A stretch of DNA of 64,000 bases, from the NCBI GenBank assembly GCA_038867615.1, contig JAWBYA010000001.1, positions 256,001 to 320,000 on the forward strand. The letters run 5' to 3'. The notes beneath the pieces are model-generated. The model searched no databases, had not been told where the DNA came from, and saw only the letters and a list, made by a program, of their open reading frames with translations. The translations under genes and the position numbers were made by a program. The first letter of the stretch is position 1, and each line of letters begins with the position of its first letter. The stretch comes from Sulfolobales archaeon (GTDB lineage: Archaea; Thermoproteota; Thermoprotei_A; Sulfolobales; AG1). Of the stretch, positions 31,557 through 41,430 are shown piece by piece.

Positions 31557-31997
31557 GTGCCTCTATTGCCCTTCGAGGCTAGGTATAGGGTGTATTGGTC
31601 CGAGACAGATGCTGCCGGAATAGCTCACTTCACCAGCATTCTCAGGATTGTTGAGAGGGCTGAGGAGGATCTATATAGATCTAAGGGGATGGGGGAGGTG
31701 CATAGACTGATACCGAGAATCGAGGTTCATGCCAGGTATAGAAGCCCCCTGAGATGGGGCGACGAGATCAGGGTTAGGCTTGAGCTGGATGAGGCTAGAT
31801 CTAGGGGGCTTAGGTATAGATTCGAGATCTATAACGAGACAACCGGGAAGCATGCTGCCGAGGGCTATGTGGCTTTCGCCTGTGTTGAGAAAGAGGATAA
31901 CGGTATAAGGGCTGTTGAGTGTCCTAAGGAGTTGATAAATCTATGGATGGAGACGAAAGCCGGGTCACAGCCTCACACCACAGATCACAAAGCCTAG
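31557..31997 (+). CDS. Acyl-CoA thioesterase (4HBT/YbgC family)
   Basis: RVYWSETDAAGIAHF hotdog-fold motif. Confidence 0.9.
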   Translation: MPLLPFEARYRVYWSETDAAGIAHFTSILRIVERAEEDLYRSKGMGEVHRLIPRIEVHARYRSPLRWGDEIRVRLELDEARSRGLRYRFEIYNETTGKHAAEGYVAFACVEKEDNGIRAVECPKELINLWMETKAGSQPHTTDHKA

Positions 31998-32074
31998 GGT
32001 TCTTGGCGAGCTAAGCGTAAAAACAGTGTTACTATTTTTAGCTACCCATATCTATAGCATAGTGGATACCTGTT

Positions 32075-32587
32075 ATGATACTCTGGAGCGTGCATCCTAA
32101 ACATATTGATCATGCTAGGCTTAACATTCTCTGGAGATCAGCGTTGCTCGCTAGAGAGATAATTGAGGGGAGGGTTAGGGGGTATAAGGGGAATATCTCC
32201 CTCTACAGGTTTATGGCCCACCCGGAGAAGGTTAAGGCGATAAACACCTATATATATTACATATGGCTCGAGGCTAGGGAGAGGGGGTATAGATATGCCG
32301 TTGATGAGGCGTTGAAAAAGGATCTAATAGACATCGAGATAAAGATCCCGATAACCAGTGGACAGCTAGCCCTCGAGATATGGAGGCTTCTCTCAAGAAT
32401 AGCCAGATCCAACCCCAAGTGGATCTCCAAACTAACCCTAGCCCCGTGCTTCGAAGCCAACCCGGTCTTCAAAGTAGTTGAGGGGCCTCCAGATCCTCGT
32501 GAAAGAATACCGAGGGAGGCTCTCAACAGGCTCTATAGGAGCTTCCCCTTCAAGGGCGTAGAGATCCCTATAAAGATATGTGTATAG
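32075..32587 (+). CDS. Pyrimidine dimer DNA glycosylase/endonuclease V-like protein
   Basis: [46 protein letters not shown]. Confidence 0.8.
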   Translation: MILWSVHPKHIDHARLNILWRSALLAREIIEGRVRGYKGNISLYRFMAHPEKVKAINTYIYYIWLEARERGYRYAVDEALKKDLIDIEIKIPITSGQLALEIWRLLSRIARSNPKWISKLTLAPCFEANPVFKVVEGPPDPRERIPREALNRLYRSFPFKGVEIPIKICV

Positions 32588-32631
32588 CTATCCACACGGG
32601 TCATAATGCTAAGATAACGATCAAAAGAGAC

Positions 32632-33219
32632 ATGGATATCAACTCCCAGGCAAAACCTACCTCGGGGGTTGTTTTGAAAACCTATAGGGTTAGGGATACA
32701 GAGATCCATGTTATTAAAGGCGACATAACAGAGATCGAGGCAGACGCTATAGTTAACGCAGCCAACCCCTACCTAGAACACGGAGGCGGGGTAGCACTAG
32801 CCATAGTGAGAAAAGGAGGCGAGGTTATCCAGGAGGAGAGTAGAAAATATGTGAGAGAACACGGCCCAGTCCCGGTAGGAGGAGTTGCAGTAACATCTGC
32901 TGGTAGACTTAAGGCTAGATATGTGATCCACGCCGTCGGCCCCAGATACGGAGAAGAGGGAGGCGATGAAAAACTAGCATCCGCAATAAGATCCTCGCTC
33001 GATAAGGCCGAGGAGCTGGGCCTAAGATCAATAGCCCTTCCAGCAATATCCACAGGGATCTATGGCTATCCATATAGGAGAGCAGCAGAGATCATGGCAA
33101 ATGTACTTAAGAACTATAACTATAAATCCTTAAAGAGAGTAATAGTATGCCTCTACGGGGATGAAGCCTACAAAACATTCGAAGATGTCTTCGAAAAGAT
33201 CCTAAGAAGCATAGCGTAA
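32632..33219 (+). CDS. Macrodomain (ADP-ribose-binding / O-acetyl-ADP-ribose deacetylase) protein
   Basis: [35 protein letters not shown]. Confidence 0.95.
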   Translation: MDINSQAKPTSGVVLKTYRVRDTEIHVIKGDITEIEADAIVNAANPYLEHGGGVALAIVRKGGEVIQEESRKYVREHGPVPVGGVAVTSAGRLKARYVIHAVGPRYGEEGGDEKLASAIRSSLDKAEELGLRSIALPAISTGIYGYPYRRAAEIMANVLKNYNYKSLKRVIVCLYGDEAYKTFEDVFEKILRSIA

Positions 33220-33501
33220 CCTATTATGCTAAAATCTAATACATTTAGATCCCAGAAGGTTTGGAATAGATATCTAGGATCCTTGCTTGATTATTGGTTT
33301 AGGAAGGGCCGTAGGGGTTGTTGTAGATCAGGCATTGCTGTTGTTATATTTAGCTGCAAAGATAGATCGTATCTGTGGAGAACCCGATTTCGTCCTTAAA
33401 CAACCATAATATAAGTTATTGTTCTTTCTTCACATCAGCATCTGGCTTGATCGTATATAAGTGCAGGGATCAGGGCTCTCTAGAGTAGGCTTTTCTGTAG
33501 T

Positions 33502-33729
33502 TCTGCGAGAACACGGTAGAAGCTTTATTATTCTATGGTAGGTCCAGGATGTGGAGGTTTCCCCACAGCTATGAACCAGAGCAATGCTATGAGGGGGAGC
33601 TGTGGGTTGGGGTCACCCCGAATGGGTGGAGGCCAATGATAAGGGCTCCAATGAAAGAAGCTCTGAGGTCTATGAAGCCAAGGAAAGAACGGTTGATACA
33701 AAATATCAACCGCTATGAAACCCGAACCT
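33502..33729 (+). mobile_element. Non-autonomous IS200/IS605 (tnpB) 3'-end-like element, best-preserved copy; candidate omegaRNA-like ncRNA locus
   Basis: Homologous to 55906-56120(-), 5436-5535 and 41385-41430; TATA-like TTTATTA at 33524; kink-turn motif; perfect 9-bp hairpin 33690-33712. The tnpB link is from recalled resemblance, not a search. Confidence 0.6.
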
Positions 33730-33774
33730 CTGCAAAAACCCTGTAAAACCTTAACATTCCCTGGAAACGGTATT

Positions 33775-34299
33775 TCACAGTATCATGTTAGGTATGAGGA
33801 GCTTTTTCACGGTCTCTGCTAATTTGTTGAGCAGTTCTTTTGAACCTTGATTTTTAAAGATGCTATTTAGCTTTTCGCACGCCTCTCTACTTTTAAGCCT
33901 TCTTAAAAAGCTTGGTTCTCTACATGAAGATTCGCTGGATCTACATATTATAGCCTCCTCAATATTGGGATCAAATATTAAGGCTTTAATAGCGTTATTT
34001 CTTTTATAATGACCTACATAGATCCCTTGCCCAACTTGCTCAAGCTCGAAGTTTTCATCTATGTAGCTCCTTGAAGATCCCTCCTCATAGTCTATGACTG
34101 CTATTATCAGATGATTGGGATAGGTCTTAGAGATATCGATAATCGCGCGGATAACCCTATCACGCCCCATAACGTTTTTATGTCTTACCGGTTTTTCTAC
34201 ATTTATTTTGAGAGTCTTTTCGAGAAAATCTAGTAGTTTCTCAAATAAACATTTATTAGCATAGCACTCAGCCACAGCTATGGCTAAGAACCTCTTCAC
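33775..34299 (-). CDS. Hypothetical protein, Toprim-like partner of ATPase
   Basis: AVAEC near the N-terminus and AVIDYE resemble Toprim E/DxD motifs; overlaps the ATPase stop. Confidence 0.65.
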   Translation of the reverse strand: MKRFLAIAVAECYANKCLFEKLLDFLEKTLKINVEKPVRHKNVMGRDRVIRAIIDISKTYPNHLIIAVIDYEEGSSRSYIDENFELEQVGQGIYVGHYKRNNAIKALIFDPNIEEAIICRSSESSCREPSFLRRLKSREACEKLNSIFKNQGSKELLNKLAETVKKLLIPNMIL

Positions 34300-35417
34300 C
34301 CCCGGACATATTTCTTTAAAATCTCACCCGGTTTCATGTGAAGTAGCTCCTCAGCAGTCACAATCTCTGACGAGAGTCTCTTTATATCTATCTCCTTAAG
34401 CTTTGTGGTTCCCCGACGATCCCTAAAGACGTAGTAGGTCTTAATATCTCTCACCTTATCCCAGAGCATGGAAATAAGTAGGGGGTTATGTGTGGTAGTT
34501 ACTACGTAGGCTATATCGAGGATCTCAGAAATATATTGCGCCAGGAGATCAATGAAATAGGGGAATAAGTGTGACTCTGGCTCCTCTAGTAGGAGTATAT
34601 GTCTTTTCTCTAAACCATACATCTTGACATAGTTCTTGGTTGACTGTATAGCTAACAAATAATACAGAGATCTTAATATTGTATCTGACACAGCGTTTGC
34701 CTCGACCTCTACATCATGATCAAAGATCGTTATAGCGCCAGATCTGAGAGTTTTTACTTCAACCTTGCCTATGTACTCTTCAATAATATTATTAATATCT
34801 CTTACTATGCTTGGTGAAGATTTTATAATAACTGGTGCGTTCCACCCGAGCTCGCTCAAAACATTCTTTGGATAGAGACGCGAGTTAGATCCCTTTAGGT
34901 ATATGTGGAAACCGCATGGGAATGAGTACATGCATTGTTGTACCGATAAGCCATACCTATCATAGGCGTATAGCCTTGCCTCAAAAAAATTATTTCCAAT
35001 AGCATTAATTAGAGAGTCTTTTAGGAAGAAAGTACTTAAAGAACGAAGATTAAAGTCCCAATACATATTTTTACTATTAATATGTAGATACATGTTGCCT
35101 CTCTCGAAGAAGATCTTAATGTTGAGGGCTAGATTCTTATTTGATATAGAGATAGTTATGGGTCTAGATATGTCTTCATTCCTAAAGAGGTTCTTCTGCT
35201 CACTAAATCTAAGTATGTATGAGGGCTCTTCGAGGTAATTCACCTTGTTTCCATACTCCTTGTCAAGCATGATGAACCTATTAAGATAACCTGCAAGCTC
35301 TATCGCATCAAGGATGTTTGACTTACCGCTAGCTGGTGGCCCGATAAGAATCGTTAGTGGTGCTAGCTCTATTTTAAGATCCTCTATGCTTCGGAAATTC
35401 GATATTGATACCCTCAT
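34296..35417 (-). CDS. ABC/AAA_21-type ATPase (putative defence-associated)
   Basis: ISNFRSI, Walker A GPPASGKSN, signature-like VSDT, Walker B LLLEEPESHL, TTHNP. Confidence 0.88.
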   Translation of the reverse strand: MRVSISNFRSIEDLKIELAPLTILIGPPASGKSNILDAIELAGYLNRFIMLDKEYGNKVNYLEEPSYILRFSEQKNLFRNEDISRPITISISNKNLALNIKIFFERGNMYLHINSKNMYWDFNLRSLSTFFLKDSLINAIGNNFFEARLYAYDRYGLSVQQCMYSFPCGFHIYLKGSNSRLYPKNVLSELGWNAPVIIKSSPSIVRDINNIIEEYIGKVEVKTLRSGAITIFDHDVEVEANAVSDTILRSLYYLLAIQSTKNYVKMYGLEKRHILLLEEPESHLFPYFIDLLAQYISEILDIAYVVTTTHNPLLISMLWDKVRDIKTYYVFRDRRGTTKLKEIDIKRLSSEIVTAEELLHMKPGEILKKYVRG

Positions 35418-35630
35418 AGCGTGTATCCATGATCTTTTCTTCTCAAGGTTATTAACCCTTAGCCCTAGGTTATATTGATTTACGAAGATCCGTACTCTGT
35501 GCCTCTGTTTAAAGTATGGTGAGCATGTCAAGTCTTATAGCTGTATTTTGATAAGCATAACGATCCTTATCTGTGGCTGATTATCTACAGATGTATTTGA
35601 ACGTATATCGGCTTTATAATATTTAATTAG

Positions 35631-36338
35631 GTGCTCACTATGCTGGTTGGTTTTTGGCTTGGCAGGGTTGGTTATGAATATGCCCATAGACTCCAGTTGG
35701 GGCTTGTTGAGGCTAGGGCTAGGGGGGATGTTGGTGATCTCGTGCTTCTCATGGAGCATGACCATGTGTATACGCTTGGTAGGAAGGGGGGCGTGGTTTA
35801 CGATCCAAGGGGAGTCCCTGTGTATAGGGTTGAGAGGGGTGGTTATGCTACATACCACGGTCCTGGTCAGCTTGTTGGATACCCTATAATAGATCTTAGT
35901 TCGAGAGGGCTTACCGTTGTTGGGTATATAAGGCTGCTTGAGGACGTGATAATAAGATCTCTGAAGAGGCTTGGTGTAGAAGCCTCCCGGGTCGAGGGTT
36001 TCTCAGGTGTGTGGTGTGGGGGGAAGAAGGTTGCGTCTATTGGGATAGCTGTTAAGGGCTGGATCACTTATCACGGCTTTGCTGTAAATGTGAAAGCCGA
36101 TCTGGGTTACTTCGACAATATAGATCCGTGTAATCTGGGGCAGGGGGTCATGGTAAATGTGTCGGATATCGTTAAGACCGATATAGATCTCAGAGGATAT
36201 GCTGAAGAAATATTCGAAGAACTGACATACGCTCTGAGAGATAGAGGCGTTGTAGTTGATCTTGTGGGAGGCGTGGGGATTGATACTATTATAAACACCT
36301 ATAGACAGCTTATCAGAGCCTCTAGAATATCATCCTAG
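35631..36338 (+). CDS. lipB: Lipoyl(octanoyl) transferase
   Basis: EHDHVYTLGR, RGG.ATYHGPGQLVGYPI, KVASIGI, TYHGFAVNV, IDPC. Confidence 0.93.
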   Translation: MLTMLVGFWLGRVGYEYAHRLQLGLVEARARGDVGDLVLLMEHDHVYTLGRKGGVVYDPRGVPVYRVERGGYATYHGPGQLVGYPIIDLSSRGLTVVGYIRLLEDVIIRSLKRLGVEASRVEGFSGVWCGGKKVASIGIAVKGWITYHGFAVNVKADLGYFDNIDPCNLGQGVMVNVSDIVKTDIDLRGYAEEIFEELTYALRDRGVVVDLVGGVGIDTIINTYRQLIRASRISS

Positions 36339-36397
36339 TAGTGGTTCAGTGTTTGTTTTTAATAGTGCTTTCGCATATTATTCTGGTATGTTGCTTC

Positions 36398-37081
36398 TTG
36401 GGCAGCTCTATCGACTCCCTAGTGCTCTCGTATCTCAAGAAGCATCCCTACTCGAAACCGAGGGAGATTGCCGACGGGCTTGGCTTTAGCATTGTTACTA
36501 TTAGGTATTCACTGCTCAGGCTTAGAGAGAGGGGATTGGTTGTTAGGACTAGCAAGGGTTATGTTGCGAGGGGCTATGCGGCTAGAGAACCCGGGGCTGG
36601 CGAGATCCCAGCACCACAGGAGCCCGGGCTTAAGAAGGAGATCGAGGATCTCAAGGACAGGGTTTCGGAGCTTGAGAAAACATTGGAGGATGTTCTTGAG
36701 AATCTTTCAAGGCTTGAGAAGGAGGTTTCGGAACTGAAGGTCTTTGTAAAGGCTCTCCAAGGATCTGGGGGTGTTTTGAGAGGGCGTAGGGATCCTTTCC
36801 TCGATAGATTGTCGCAGGAGAAGGTGATGACAATATCAGAGGCTAGGAGGGAGGCTTCTAAGTCTATGGATAGTCTTGAGTACTATGTGGATAAGGGGTA
36901 CGCCGTGATCGTTGGGGATTTTGTAGCTGATAAGGCTTTCTACGAGGCTTTGTTATCGAGAATGCCTATAAGGGTTGAGGATATGAATAACCTCTCAGCT
37001 AAGGAGAAGATCCTTGTAGAGGCAATGATCTCCGAGGGGATAGCGTATGTTGATAAGGGTAGGGAGGTGAGGCTGGCATGA
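36398..37081 (+). CDS. Winged-HTH protein with coiled coil
   Basis: PREIADGLG..IRYSLLRLRERGLV, followed by heptad repeats. Confidence 0.8.
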   Translation: MGSSIDSLVLSYLKKHPYSKPREIADGLGFSIVTIRYSLLRLRERGLVVRTSKGYVARGYAAREPGAGEIPAPQEPGLKKEIEDLKDRVSELEKTLEDVLENLSRLEKEVSELKVFVKALQGSGGVLRGRRDPFLDRLSQEKVMTISEARREASKSMDSLEYYVDKGYAVIVGDFVADKAFYEALLSRMPIRVEDMNNLSAKEKILVEAMISEGIAYVDKGREVRLA

Positions 37082-37980
37082 CTAGCCACGGATCCCCAAT
37101 CCCGGAATGGATAAAGGTGAAAGCACTGAGACTCGAGGGTTTCGATGACGTTAAATATATCTTGAGAAGCCTTGGACTCTCAACAGTATGTGAAGAAGCC
37201 AGATGCCCCAATATATATGAGTGTTGGAACGATGCCACAGCTACGTTCATGCTCCTTGGAGAGACCTGTACGAGGTCATGTAGATTCTGCTCTGTCAAGA
37301 CAAGCAACCCCAGGGGCTGGGTGGATCCTTCAGAACCGTATAAGGTGGCTATGGCTATCCAATACCTAGGGCTCGACTATGCGGTGCTCACTATGGTTTG
37401 TAGAGACGATCTTGCAGACGGAGGCGCCTCCCACATGGCGAGGGCTGTTGCGGAGATTAAGAGAAGATCTCCATCGACGATGGTCGAGCTCCTCCTATGC
37501 GATATGGGCGGTAAGAGAGAAGCTATAGAGGTTGTCGTCGGCTCAGGTGCAGAGGTTCTGGGGCATAATATAGAGACTGTTAGGAGGCTTACACCTATCG
37601 TGAGGGATAGGAGGGCTAGTTATGAGAGATCCCTGGAGGTTCTGAGGAGTTTTAAAGAGATCGCTAGGATTAAGGGGAGAAAGATCCTGACCAAATCATC
37701 AATAATACTGGGGTTTGGAGAGAGCTTCGAGGAGGTTCTGGAGACGCTCAGGGATCTTAGAGAGGCTGAGGTGGATATAGTCACAATCGGGCAGTATCTA
37801 AGACCGACTAGCAGTCCTAGAAACATACCGGTGGCTAGATATGTACCGCCAGAGGTTTTCGAGAAGCTGAGGGTCGAGGCATACAGGCTGGGGTTTAGAT
37901 ATGTAGCCTCAGGCCCTCTGGTTAGGAGTAGCTATAGAGCTTCCGAGGCCTATGCTAAGGCGATCCTCAAAAGCCTATAG
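37078..37980 (+). CDS. lipA: Lipoyl synthase
   Basis: CEEARCPNIYEC, CTRSCRFC, HNIETV, RSSY. Confidence 0.96.
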   Translation: MTSHGSPIPEWIKVKALRLEGFDDVKYILRSLGLSTVCEEARCPNIYECWNDATATFMLLGETCTRSCRFCSVKTSNPRGWVDPSEPYKVAMAIQYLGLDYAVLTMVCRDDLADGGASHMARAVAEIKRRSPSTMVELLLCDMGGKREAIEVVVGSGAEVLGHNIETVRRLTPIVRDRRASYERSLEVLRSFKEIARIKGRKILTKSSIILGFGESFEEVLETLRDLREAEVDIVTIGQYLRPTSSPRNIPVARYVPPEVFEKLRVEAYRLGFRYVASGPLVRSSYRASEAYAKAILKSL

Positions 37981-38017
37981 CTATAAATGCCCTTAGCCAT
38001 ATAGTCTCGGTGAAGAT

Positions 38018-38932
38018 TTGACCAAGCTGAGATGGACTTTGAGAGAGCTTATAGCATCGGGGGAAACAATACCCGTCCCCGGGGTTTATGCCCCATCTAT
38101 AGCTATGCTTGCAGAGAGGCTGGGCTTCAAGGCTGTCTATCTAAGCGGGGCTGCTCTTACAGGTCTTCTAGGGATGCCTGACCTCGGGATCATAACCCTC
38201 ACGGAGGTCGCTATGTTTACCAAATACATCTCGGAGAAGATCTCCATACCACTCATAGTTGATGCCGACACAGGGTTTGGAGAGGCTATAAATGTCTCAA
38301 GGGCTGTAAGGGTTCTCGAGGATGCAGGGGCCTCGGCTATACAGATAGAGGATCAGGTTATGCCTAAGAAGTGCGGCCATCTCTCGGGGAAAGAGGTGGT
38401 TCCTGTTGAGGAGATGGTTAAAAAGATCGTGATGGCTGTTAATAGTAGAAGGAGCGAGGATTTCCTCATAGTAGCTAGGACAGATGCCCGTGGCGTGACT
38501 GGGATTGATGATGCCATAGAGAGGGCGAGGATCTATGTAGAAGCCGGGGCTGACATAATATTCCCAGAGGCTCTTGAGAGTGCTGAGGAGTTCAGGAGAT
38601 TCGCTCGAGAGGTTAGAGCACCACTCATGGCTAACATGACAGAGTTTGGTAAATCACCACTGCTTAGTGTGAAGGAGCTGGGGGATATGGGGTATAGGTT
38701 GGTGATATTCCCTGCAACGACTTTTAGGGCGAGTATGATGGCTTCCAAAAGGATTCTCGAGATTATAAGGGATAAGGGTACACAGAGGGATCATCTAGAT
38801 CTTTTGATGAGTAGGAGTGAATTCTACAGCTTAATAAACTACTATGGCTATGAGGAGGAGGATAGGAGGGTTGATTCGATAGCTAGAGGGTTGCTGGAAA
38901 GAGTAAAGCGATCTGCAGGGTTAAAGATATAA
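38018..38932 (+). CDS. prpB: 2-methylisocitrate lyase
   Basis: VDADTGFG, IEDQ..KKCGH, ARTDAR, ANMTEFGKSP. Confidence 0.92.
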   Translation: MTKLRWTLRELIASGETIPVPGVYAPSIAMLAERLGFKAVYLSGAALTGLLGMPDLGIITLTEVAMFTKYISEKISIPLIVDADTGFGEAINVSRAVRVLEDAGASAIQIEDQVMPKKCGHLSGKEVVPVEEMVKKIVMAVNSRRSEDFLIVARTDARGVTGIDDAIERARIYVEAGADIIFPEALESAEEFRRFAREVRAPLMANMTEFGKSPLLSVKELGDMGYRLVIFPATTFRASMMASKRILEIIRDKGTQRDHLDLLMSRSEFYSLINYYGYEEEDRRVDSIARGLLERVKRSAGLKI

Positions 38933-38966
38933 GATCCTTAAGAAGTATATACCTAAGGTAGTGTGA

Positions 38967-39830
38967 TTGCTCAGAATCACAGAGATCCTTGGCGAAGAGG
39001 AGCTGAATCTTATAAAGAGCTTCTTCTCCCTCTCGGAGTACGAGGCAAGGATCTATCTAGCACTAGCTATACTAGGGCCCATGGGGATCTCGAGATTGGC
39101 GGAAGTCTCGGGCGTACCTAGGACTAAGTGCTATAGTGTTGCTAGATCCCTGATCTCGAAGGGCATGGCTTTCAAGACATCCTCAAAACCCTTTATAGTG
39201 TCTGCAATAGATCCTGAGGCATTGCCTTGGAGGATTGCTGAGGATAGGTGTAGAGAAGCTAAGGATAAGGCTTCGCAGGTGGTTCAGAGTATCAGGAGGA
39301 TCAGGGATTCCCTTGGTAGGGGGGCTACTGAGGAGGCTGAGAGGCTGGATCTAGCTGGGATAATTATAATAAGCAGCATCAACGATCTCGTGGCGAGCCT
39401 GGCTAGAGATATGGAGAAAGCTTCCAAGGAGGTGCTTATAGCTATTAGCAAGGCTCCGATAAAGTTTCCATGGAGAGATCTCATGATCCATGTGATCAAC
39501 GCTCTAGCCAGAGGTGTTGTTATAGAATACGCCGTCCCCAAGGATTCGTCAGTAGCTAAACACCTAAAACTCCTTATAGAAGGATCTAGCAGCTTGGTTG
39601 GCGGGAATGAAGGCGGGGGTCTTGGATCCTATTTCGAGAGACTCAGGATCAGAGAGAGCCTATATGCAGAAGCTCCTTTTATAGTGATTGATGATGAGAT
39701 AGTCTATAACATATTTACAGACCCGGCTAGAGGGGTTCACCTATTCACCATAAGATCCCGCAACTCTGCCTATGCGAGGAGCATGAGGATATATTTTGAT
39801 CTCCTAACGACCGGTGCTCCAACCACATAG
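38967..39830 (+). CDS. TrmB family transcriptional regulator
   Basis: LSEYEARIYLAL, SGVPRTKCY; PLD-like C-terminal domain. Confidence 0.9.
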   Translation: MLRITEILGEEELNLIKSFFSLSEYEARIYLALAILGPMGISRLAEVSGVPRTKCYSVARSLISKGMAFKTSSKPFIVSAIDPEALPWRIAEDRCREAKDKASQVVQSIRRIRDSLGRGATEEAERLDLAGIIIISSINDLVASLARDMEKASKEVLIAISKAPIKFPWRDLMIHVINALARGVVIEYAVPKDSSVAKHLKLLIEGSSSLVGGNEGGGLGSYFERLRIRESLYAEAPFIVIDDEIVYNIFTDPARGVHLFTIRSRNSAYARSMRIYFDLLTTGAPTT

Positions 39831-39903
39831 TCTTTGATCTATGAAGAACAGGTTTCTCTTGTCTAGCATCATCTATTAGGAAACAGCTGTTGGCAGCGTA
39901 GCA

Positions 39904-40695
39904 TCACTCCATGTATCGATCCACCCTATGTACGGACTCTCCGCGGTCCTGGGGTTCGAGTTCTTTGACTATGTTGGGATCTATTCTCCTCAGAAGATCT
40001 AGGTATTCTCTATCGTTTAGCAGCTTCTCATAGGCTTCTGTGAGATCCTTACTCCCCACCACATAGTCTCCTAGATATTTCACCGAGAACCTAACAGCGT
40101 CTTCAGCGTGTTTCTCATCTAAATAGCCTTTCGCTATCATTGCTAAAAGCTCTAGCGGTGTTGGTATTAGTTTCCAAAGCTTCTCAGCCCTTTTCCATCT
40201 AACGGTGCTAAGGATCTCTCTGAACCTCATATACCCATCTGCTATCACCACAGATGTCCTGGGGATCTCTACTGGTCTCTTGGTCTTTGGTTTGAAGAAC
40301 TCTATCCAAGGATCTGGATCTATTTTCCCATAGATCTTCAGCCTGGTATTTATAAGCAGGGAGGCCAGTTTATAGCCCATCTCGCTGAGTTCTTCTCGCC
40401 TTGTATCCTCATCATAACATATGATCTCTGAGTCTGGGTATTCTAGAGCCAGTCTAGGGATCTTTTTGATAACACTCCACCATATTCTTGCGAGCGAGGG
40501 GTTATAGTATCTAAGCGAGAGGTTCTCGATATTCTGTTCACTCCCACCTATACCCTCGACTACGAGGTCTATACAGAGGCTTTTTGGAAGAGGTAGGGCT
40601 ATACTCCTATACTGCTCTAAAAGCTGTTCAATATAATTGCTCAGCACATCAACAGCCCTCTCGATCCTTGGAAGACCTATGACCAGTTCAGTCAT
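39904..40695 (-). CDS. Hypothetical protein
   Basis: 263-aa ORF, no recognised motif. Confidence 0.7.
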   Translation of the reverse strand: MTELVIGLPRIERAVDVLSNYIEQLLEQYRSIALPLPKSLCIDLVVEGIGGSEQNIENLSLRYYNPSLARIWWSVIKKIPRLALEYPDSEIICYDEDTRREELSEMGYKLASLLINTRLKIYGKIDPDPWIEFFKPKTKRPVEIPRTSVVIADGYMRFREILSTVRWKRAEKLWKLIPTPLELLAMIAKGYLDEKHAEDAVRFSVKYLGDYVVGSKDLTEAYEKLLNDREYLDLLRRIDPNIVKELEPQDRGESVHRVDRYME

Positions 40696-40790
40696 GCTCT
40701 CAATAGCTATAATAAAGCTAACACTCTTATAAAGGCCCTCTCGTCAATATGATATATGCTTCATTAGCACTAGATTCGGTGGTGTGTGCA

Positions 40791-41297
40791 TTGGGCCTAG
40801 AGTTTGTAGAAAAGATTGATTTGAAAAAACTTGTTGATATGCTTCTAGCAGCATATGCCGACGAGTGGATCGCTTCTTACTACTATACTCTCACAGCATA
40901 TACTATAAAGGGCCAGAATTCCGAGGAGATCTCGGAGCATTTCCTAGAAGAGGCTGAGGAAGAGTGGAAAAAACATGCTAGAATGATAGCTGATAGGCTC
41001 CAGGATCTCGACATAGATCCTCCGAGAGAGTTCAGCAAGCTATGGGAGATCTCGGGGTGTAAATACCCAGAGATCCCTAGTGATCCCTATGACATAGACG
41101 GATGGATCATAGCTGCTGTAAAGGCTGAGGAGTGCGCGATCAAGGCTTATAGAGAGCTCTACAGCTATACCCATGGGAAAGATCCTGTAACAGAGGAGCT
41201 AGCGGAAGATATATTGAGAGACGAGGTTAGACATAGAACAGCTCTCCTCAACCTCCTAAGCCGTGAGGGGGCGAAAAGGATCCAGGGTAGATCGTAG
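40791..41297 (+). CDS. Dps-like (DPSL/thioferritin) ferritin-family protein
   Basis: ADEW..YYY, EE..KHA, SGCKYP, AEECAI, KDPVT, DEVRH. Confidence 0.88.
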   Translation: MGLEFVEKIDLKKLVDMLLAAYADEWIASYYYTLTAYTIKGQNSEEISEHFLEEAEEEWKKHARMIADRLQDLDIDPPREFSKLWEISGCKYPEIPSDPYDIDGWIIAAVKAEECAIKAYRELYSYTHGKDPVTEELAEDILRDEVRHRTALLNLLSREGAKRIQGRS

Positions 41298-41384
41298 CTT
41301 TTTGTCCCAACCTATTGTTATTGCCTCATTCGTCAAACGGTTTTTTCTTTTCCCAGGATCCCCGAGGCTCTAAGGGGTTTGGTT

Positions 41385-41430
41385 GCGGGTGATAAGCAGC
41401 AATATATCAACCGCTGCGAAGCTCGAATCC
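41385..41430 (+). repeat. Short remnant of dispersed tnpB-3'-end-like element
   Basis: gcgggtgata..tatcaaccgctgcgaagctcgaatcc matches the 33690-33728 hairpin and tail. Confidence 0.6.

Noticed and set aside
33549-33746. 65-aa ORF (and 70-aa ORF at 55876-56088) as real genes
   Set aside because: Best explained as residual reading frames of the dispersed element; no RuvC or zinc-finger motifs remain.
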